NCBI GenBank assembly: GCA_951406725.2
Contig: OX597822.1
Coordinates: 44,020,001-44,084,000, forward strand
Direction of reading: 5' to 3'
Length of the DNA stretch: 64,000 nucleotides
From: Octopus vulgaris
Taxonomy: Eukaryota
A program made the translations under genes and the position numbers. The notes under the pieces were generated by a model. That model had not been told where the DNA came from. It worked only from the letters and a program-made list of their open reading frames with translations, and did not search any database. Shown in pieces: positions 57,821 through 64,000 of this stretch. Positions within the stretch are counted from its first letter, which is position 1; every line of letters begins with the position of its first letter.

Positions 57821-58356
57821 TACAGTAAACTTTCTCTAATTATCCAACTGTAGATTCGAAATGCAACGGTGAGCAGATTTCAGGCCGGCGGAGTTGCAGC
57901 TGCATAATGTATGGGAAATTCCCATAACACTGCTGTAAACGAGGTGATAAATACGGAACTAATTAATTAATTAATTTATTAATTAATGTTTTCAAATTTT
58001 GGCATAAGGCCTGCAATTTTAGTGGGAGAGAGAGAGAGAGAGAGTTGATTACATTGAGACCATCAGTTGAAAGACAAAGCCGATCTCAGCAGTATTTGAA
58101 CTCAGAGCTTAAAGAACCGGATGGAACCCCACTAAGAATTTTATCCGACGCTAAAGATCCAGCAAGCACGACGGTTTAGTAAGAAGGATAGTAACGACTG
58201 TGTGGTAAGAAGCTTGCTTCCCAAACACATGGTTCCGAGTTCAGTCACACTGTGTGACATTTTGAGCAAATGTCTTCTACTATAGCTTCGGGCTGACCGA
58301 ATCCTTATGAGTAGTTTGGTAGACGGAAACAGACAGAAGCCCGTTGTCTATGTATG

Positions 58357-58387
<31 letters not shown>

Positions 58388-58655
58388 TTATGTATCTGTG
58401 TGTCTGTGTTTGTCCCCCCACCACCACCGCCAACGCTTGATAACCGATTTTGATGTGTTTACACCCCCGAGATTTAGCGGTTCGGTAAAAGCGGCCGATA
58501 GAATTATAGCAGCAACTCCATCAATTCCTACGGATATCTGAGGAAGGAATTTTGTTCCGAAATATCATTAGACTACGCATGATTAAATTACAAAAAGTAT
58601 GTAGCCCATTGTTTGTATTATAGTGCATCGCTGTACCATTCAAAACATTTTATGT

Positions 58656-58724
<69 letters not shown>

Positions 58725-58794
58725 ATATATATATGTATATGTATGTATGTATGCATGTATGTAGATAAGTGTATACGGATATTTTGTATATGCG

Positions 58795-58847
<53 letters not shown>

Positions 58848-58879
58848 ATGTATGTATATGCGTACCTGTGTGCATATGC

Positions 58880-58915
<36 letters not shown>

Positions 58916-59839
58916 TTGATTATTAACCTTACAATTTGTTCAAGTGTTAATAGATTAATATACCTCGAAAGCTACGTTTGAAAGTCTATCAGGAAGTTTA
59001 AATTGTTTAACATGTTTAAGTTTCTACAAACCAGAACTTAACTTCAAAGATAATCACAACAGATCAACGAAATAACATGAGTGAGCGTGAGAGACATAAC
59101 AACTACATCTAACCTCAAATCACACGGGACCATATATACAACCCGAAAAATAACCCGAAACACTTGAGTCCTATACGGTCTATGTTTGAACATTAACAAA
59201 AAAAAAAAAGCAGAAAAGGATAATAACAATTAATTATTAGCGACGGAAGCTAATAATTATCAGAAAGTAATCTTTATATCCAAGTAAACATAGATGCCTT
59301 ATTAGAACACCGAATACTACGTTGTTAGCCTTGAGGGACCCTCTCATATATGCGCTTGGTGCATAGAGCGAAATCACACGAGATGGGAATTCCGGCACCC
59401 ATGACAGAAGATTGTCGTCTGCCACGATCTATGCGTGTGCTTTTCTGCATCAAGTGCCTACACGAGAGAATTTCTCAAGGCTGATGGTGCAGCATCCGGT
59501 GTTCAAACAAGGCATCCATGTTTAGTTGTAGGTATAAAGATTACGTTTAGGATAATAAAAGTTTAAGCCTATTTCTTTTTATCAGTTATAATCATAATCG
59601 CGCAGGAGAGGCAACGGGATGGATTTAAACACAAATAAAATAAAATAGAATAAAATATTATAACTGGGACTTCGATGAAACTAACTGCAATTATTAACTA
59701 TATTGAGCTGGAGAACAGCTCTTAGAACGTGACGGGAGAAATGTGTTTTTAATTATATATTCTGTGTTTTGTTCTAAGAAGACACCCATGTTCATTAGCA
59801 TATACATGCATACAAACATAAATGCACACTTTCATACAG

Positions 59840-59901
<62 letters not shown>

Positions 59902-60004
59902 TTGTTCCGTTTTATTTCAAGATTTCTTGCCAATAGAGAAAGCATCGGTTTCTGACCTAGATGCAAGGCTCTTTCATTGGAATTTCAACATCAACAAGGT
60001 ATAT

Positions 60005-60180
60005 TTGTATGTATGTACGTATGTATGTATTTATGTATGTATGTATGTATGTACGTATGTATGTATATATTTATGTATGTATGTATGCATATATGTCTGT
60101 ATGCATGTATGTATGTATGTATGTATGTTTGTATGTATGTATGTATGTATGTATGTATGTATGTATGTATGTATGTATGT
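60005..60180. repeat. (TATG)n microsatellite
   Basis: Direct reading. Confidence 0.95.
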
Positions 60181-61511
60181 GTGCAGATTTGTATGTTTTG
60201 CATATCTAAACGTTCTCATATATATTTAAATGATAAACTTCAGGGAAGTTTTACAGATTTTTACTGTTTCAGTGATGCATTAGATCTGTAGTATTCGAAT
60301 TAGCTTTCTCCTTTCTGGTCTTTAGGAGCCTAATTCCACAAGATTGGTATTTAGGCAATGTGTTACATATCCCATGGTCCCAAATCAACTCACAAGGCTT
60401 TGATCAGTCCGAGGCTATTGTAGAAGACACTTGGCCAAGGTGCCACGCAGTGTGACTGAACACGGAACCCGGAACCCGGGACCATGTGGTTGGGAAACAA
60501 CCTTACCATACAGCCACTCCTGCGCTTATATCGCCACATATTTTTCACAAGAAGACCATCTGTTCATTTAGTAAGCGCCATAATGAAATCTCGCATGACT
60601 AGGATGTTCGCCTCTGGAAAAACGGAAAAACACATACTTCTGTGGATCCTAAAAACATAGTCAGTTTGGACAGTGTCTGAGGTTGACGCTAAGTGCTATT
60701 CAGGAAGTGCTCGTTTCAAGGAGTGTTAGATCCTCCGTGTCTCAAATGCCATTTCTATCAGTAGTGTGTGCATATATATGCCTGTGCTTATACATACATA
60801 CCAAGCACGCACGGACACATATAGTGCTTGAAGTTCCAATGAAGCTATTGAGTGATGCACAAGCTTTCATTCTATAAGCGCATTGCATTGCATCTCAAAG
60901 CAGAAACTGCTGTAAGCTAATGAAGTGCATAGCATAATATTTTGCTTCTTTGTCACATTGTCATTTTAATTTCTTACCCACACACACACACACACACACA
61001 TACACACAGATATACGTGTGTGGTATGAGGTGAGTATGAGTGTGTATGTGTAGTTTAGCTTGATGTAGTTTTCATTTAAAAACTACAGTTAAACTACAGT
61101 TAATTAGCGTCATTATTGTTGCATATATTTAAAACAAATTTAATTTGGCCAAGTTTTAAAATACAGTGATACAATAATTCCCTTCAACAGTCTCAACATT
61201 GCCAATTTTTTCTTTTTCTTCAAAACCAAAATATATTTCATCATATTAAATATAAGAAAATATGTCGCTCATAATTTTTCTCTGTCAGCGATTATCTTTT
61301 AATTGTTTCAATCATTGGACTGCGGCCACGAAGAACTTAATTGAGCGAATCGCCCCCGGTGCTTATTTTTTTTTACTAAATCTAATATTTATTCTATCAG
61401 CCTTCTTGGCAGAACCGCAAAGTTACAGGTACGTAAACAAACCAACACCGGTAGGGTTGACGATCGCAGTCACACAGGTACACTGACACACACATATGTG
61501 TATATGTATGT

Positions 61512-61569
<58 letters not shown>

Positions 61570-61570
61570 C

Positions 61571-61657
<87 letters not shown>

Positions 61658-61665
61658 GTATATAG

Positions 61666-61947
61666 TGGAGGCGCAATGGCCCAGTGGTTAGGGCAGCGGA
61701 CTCCCGGTCGTAGGATCGCGGTTTCGATTCCCAGAGCGAAAACACCTAAAGTTCCACGAGGCTATGGCAGGGGGTGGTGGCGATCCCTGCTGTACTCTTT
61801 CGCCACAACTTTCTCTCACACTTTCTTCTGTTGGCTTGCTCGGTTAGCCAGCTGTGTGGTGTCATTTGAAGGCTAAAACAATGCGAAGCGCATTGTGACC
61901 AGCAATGTGTAGCAACATCTGATAGCCTGGTCGGTCACGTGATCACG
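61666..61947 (+). mobile_element. tRNA-derived SINE (family C) in (TA)n
   Basis: TGGCCCAGTGG A box, GTTTCGATTCC B-box-like. Confidence 0.8.
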
Positions 61948-61992
<45 letters not shown>

Positions 61993-62497
61993 AATATATA
62001 TGTGAGTGTGTGTGAATGTATATATGATGGTAGCTGTCTACTCCCTATGCAGAGTCAGATCGCCTCTTATACCTTCATCTTAGATCCATCATGGCGTCTG
62101 ATGTGGCTTTTTCAACCAGACAATGTTTTGAAAAGACACGCACCTAGATTGCATATCTGATTTGGACCACCAAGGCCGCCGTTAGATCTGCAAACCTTAT
62201 GGCATACACTGCATTGAAACGTATCGAGAAGCGCAGGCTCGAAATGTCAGTGACTTTTCCATTCTTCGCGAGCGTTAAACTAATATATGTATGTGTGTGA
62301 GTGTGTGTGTGTGTGTGTATGTGTGTGCGTGTTGTGTATTAAAAGGAATATAGAAATATAATTGACATATAAATTTATTAACATTATAATATAAAATGAG
62401 TATATTGTAAAAAGATTAATATAGTATATAATGTATAACAAATAATTAAAAAATGTTTCGATTCATATCCACTAATGAATTTATAAAGTATTCATTC

Positions 62498-62534
<37 letters not shown>

Positions 62535-62987
62535 CATACATACGTATATGCATATACGTATGTATATTATATAATATGTATATGCATGTATCTATATGTA
62601 CATAATTGCATACATACAGACAAGTACTGGGCTTTCACGTAGATTCCGTCTCCCAAACTTGTGCTCACGGCATTAATCAATCGGGACCTACTGTATAATT
62701 GAAGGTATTTGGCCAAAATTCCGCGCCGTGGGACTGAACCTAAAACTCCGACGTTTACAATTTTTTATCTACTTATTGTACTACATTCTCCCTCGCATGA
62801 GGACTTCCGGTCTGAAGTTATACATGAGAATTGCTTTTACGACTTGCTCATGTTCACATCGTAAATATGGTTACGACAGATGTTTTTCCTGTCTTAATAG
62901 ATCTCCGTTTACTATATACGTATATATATAATTGTTCCACGTCCTCGCGTTGCTGTGTTTTTTTCTGTGTTTTCTTGTTTGGATTAA

Positions 62988-63063
<76 letters not shown>

Positions 63064-63395
63064 TGCTTAAAATCTTGTACATTCATTTATAACATACATA
63101 TGTACAATATTAAGTAGATATACGTATGGCATATACACGCGCGCTAACATATATACATGATTATTTTTATATTTGAATTATCATGATACTTATATTTATG
63201 TCTACATTCATAATATCCATAGAAATATAAATATTAGCTACCCAAACACACCTACATATACACCTACATACGTATATATATGCGTGGGTTTATATATATA
63301 TTGTTTTATTTATATTCCTGAGCGCCATACTAATACAATTGTTTGTTTGTACTCCCCCTGCCTTCGTCTTTTGTTTATTTTCATAAAGCTTCCCG

Positions 63396-63433
<38 letters not shown>

Positions 63434-63467
63434 TTATAAATATATTTGTATATATGTGAGTGTGTGT

Positions 63468-63975
63468 AAAATAACATCATATTTCAGGCCACTGTATACC
63501 GACAAAAGTTTGGGGTTACGATAGGAACCAAGGCAGCCCCGTTCTCGCAAACTTGACAATGGGTTATTTGGAACTAACCATACTTTCAGAAGTCACTCAC
63601 AAAATTCGGAAACCCCGTTGCCATTACATAAACGAAAATTGAAAAAGATATTTGGATGAGTGTTTCATTCCATGGAATGAGAAAATGGAGAGGTATTTTG
63701 GAAATCAAAAGAGTTCTCAATAGCATAAATACAAATGTACAATTCACAATGCAAAACAACAAAAAGGAACTCCCGTTTCTAGATATAGTAATGAAAAAAG
63801 TACATAAAAATACAAACCATGATATTTTACAAAACTATAGACTCGAAACAATACTTATTATTTAGCTCATACCACCCCGGGCATATTAAAATAAATATCC
63901 CATTCAATCTAGCGAGAAGAATCTGCCCTGTTGTGTCGGAAAAAAACATCAGAGAACTCAGACTAGAAGAACATA
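63468..63975 (+). pseudogene. Decayed PLE reverse transcriptase fragment (another family)
   Basis: YRQKFGVTIGTKAAP, GYLE, RYLDEC, LNSINTNVQFTMQNNKKELPFLDI and HPGHIKINIPFNLARRIC, spread over several frames. Confidence 0.88.
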
Positions 63976-64000
63976 AAAACACAGACGTCTACAGACACTA

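Noticed and set aside
62445-62500. Possible decayed hammerhead (attca/tgaat-c-GAAAC, minus strand)
   Set aside because: Core too degenerate in very AT-rich sequence.

Overview
Eukaryotic, AT-rich, microsatellite-saturated non-coding DNA. The SINE families and (TA)n/(AAT)n load strongly resemble an octopus (cephalopod) genome; this is an inference from repeat content. No host protein-coding exon could be supported, and most ORFs in the track are microsatellite artefacts. The window is a transposon graveyard: Penelope-like retroelements (PLEs; RT + GIY-YIG, one near-intact 755-aa ORF plus truncated copies sitting in (TA)n), mariner, pogo/Tigger and maT-like relics, MITEs, two non-autonomous Helitrons, R4/Dong-like and RTE/CR1-like LINE fragments, and several tRNA-derived SINE families. 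The most interesting layer is RNA-level. At least nine minimal type-I hammerhead-ribozyme motifs occur, both in the PLE 3' UTRs and in several short non-coding elements embedded in microsatellites. These include a multi-copy family with a non-canonical CUGUNGA core and an apparently tRNA-headed, SINE-like element carrying a hammerhead. There is also a 374-nt rod-like hairpin, a direct-repeat-bounded structured element, and a fixed-spacing GACGTCA-N12-CCAAT array in the PLE 3' UTR. All folds were derived by eye and none was computed; element boundaries are approximate.
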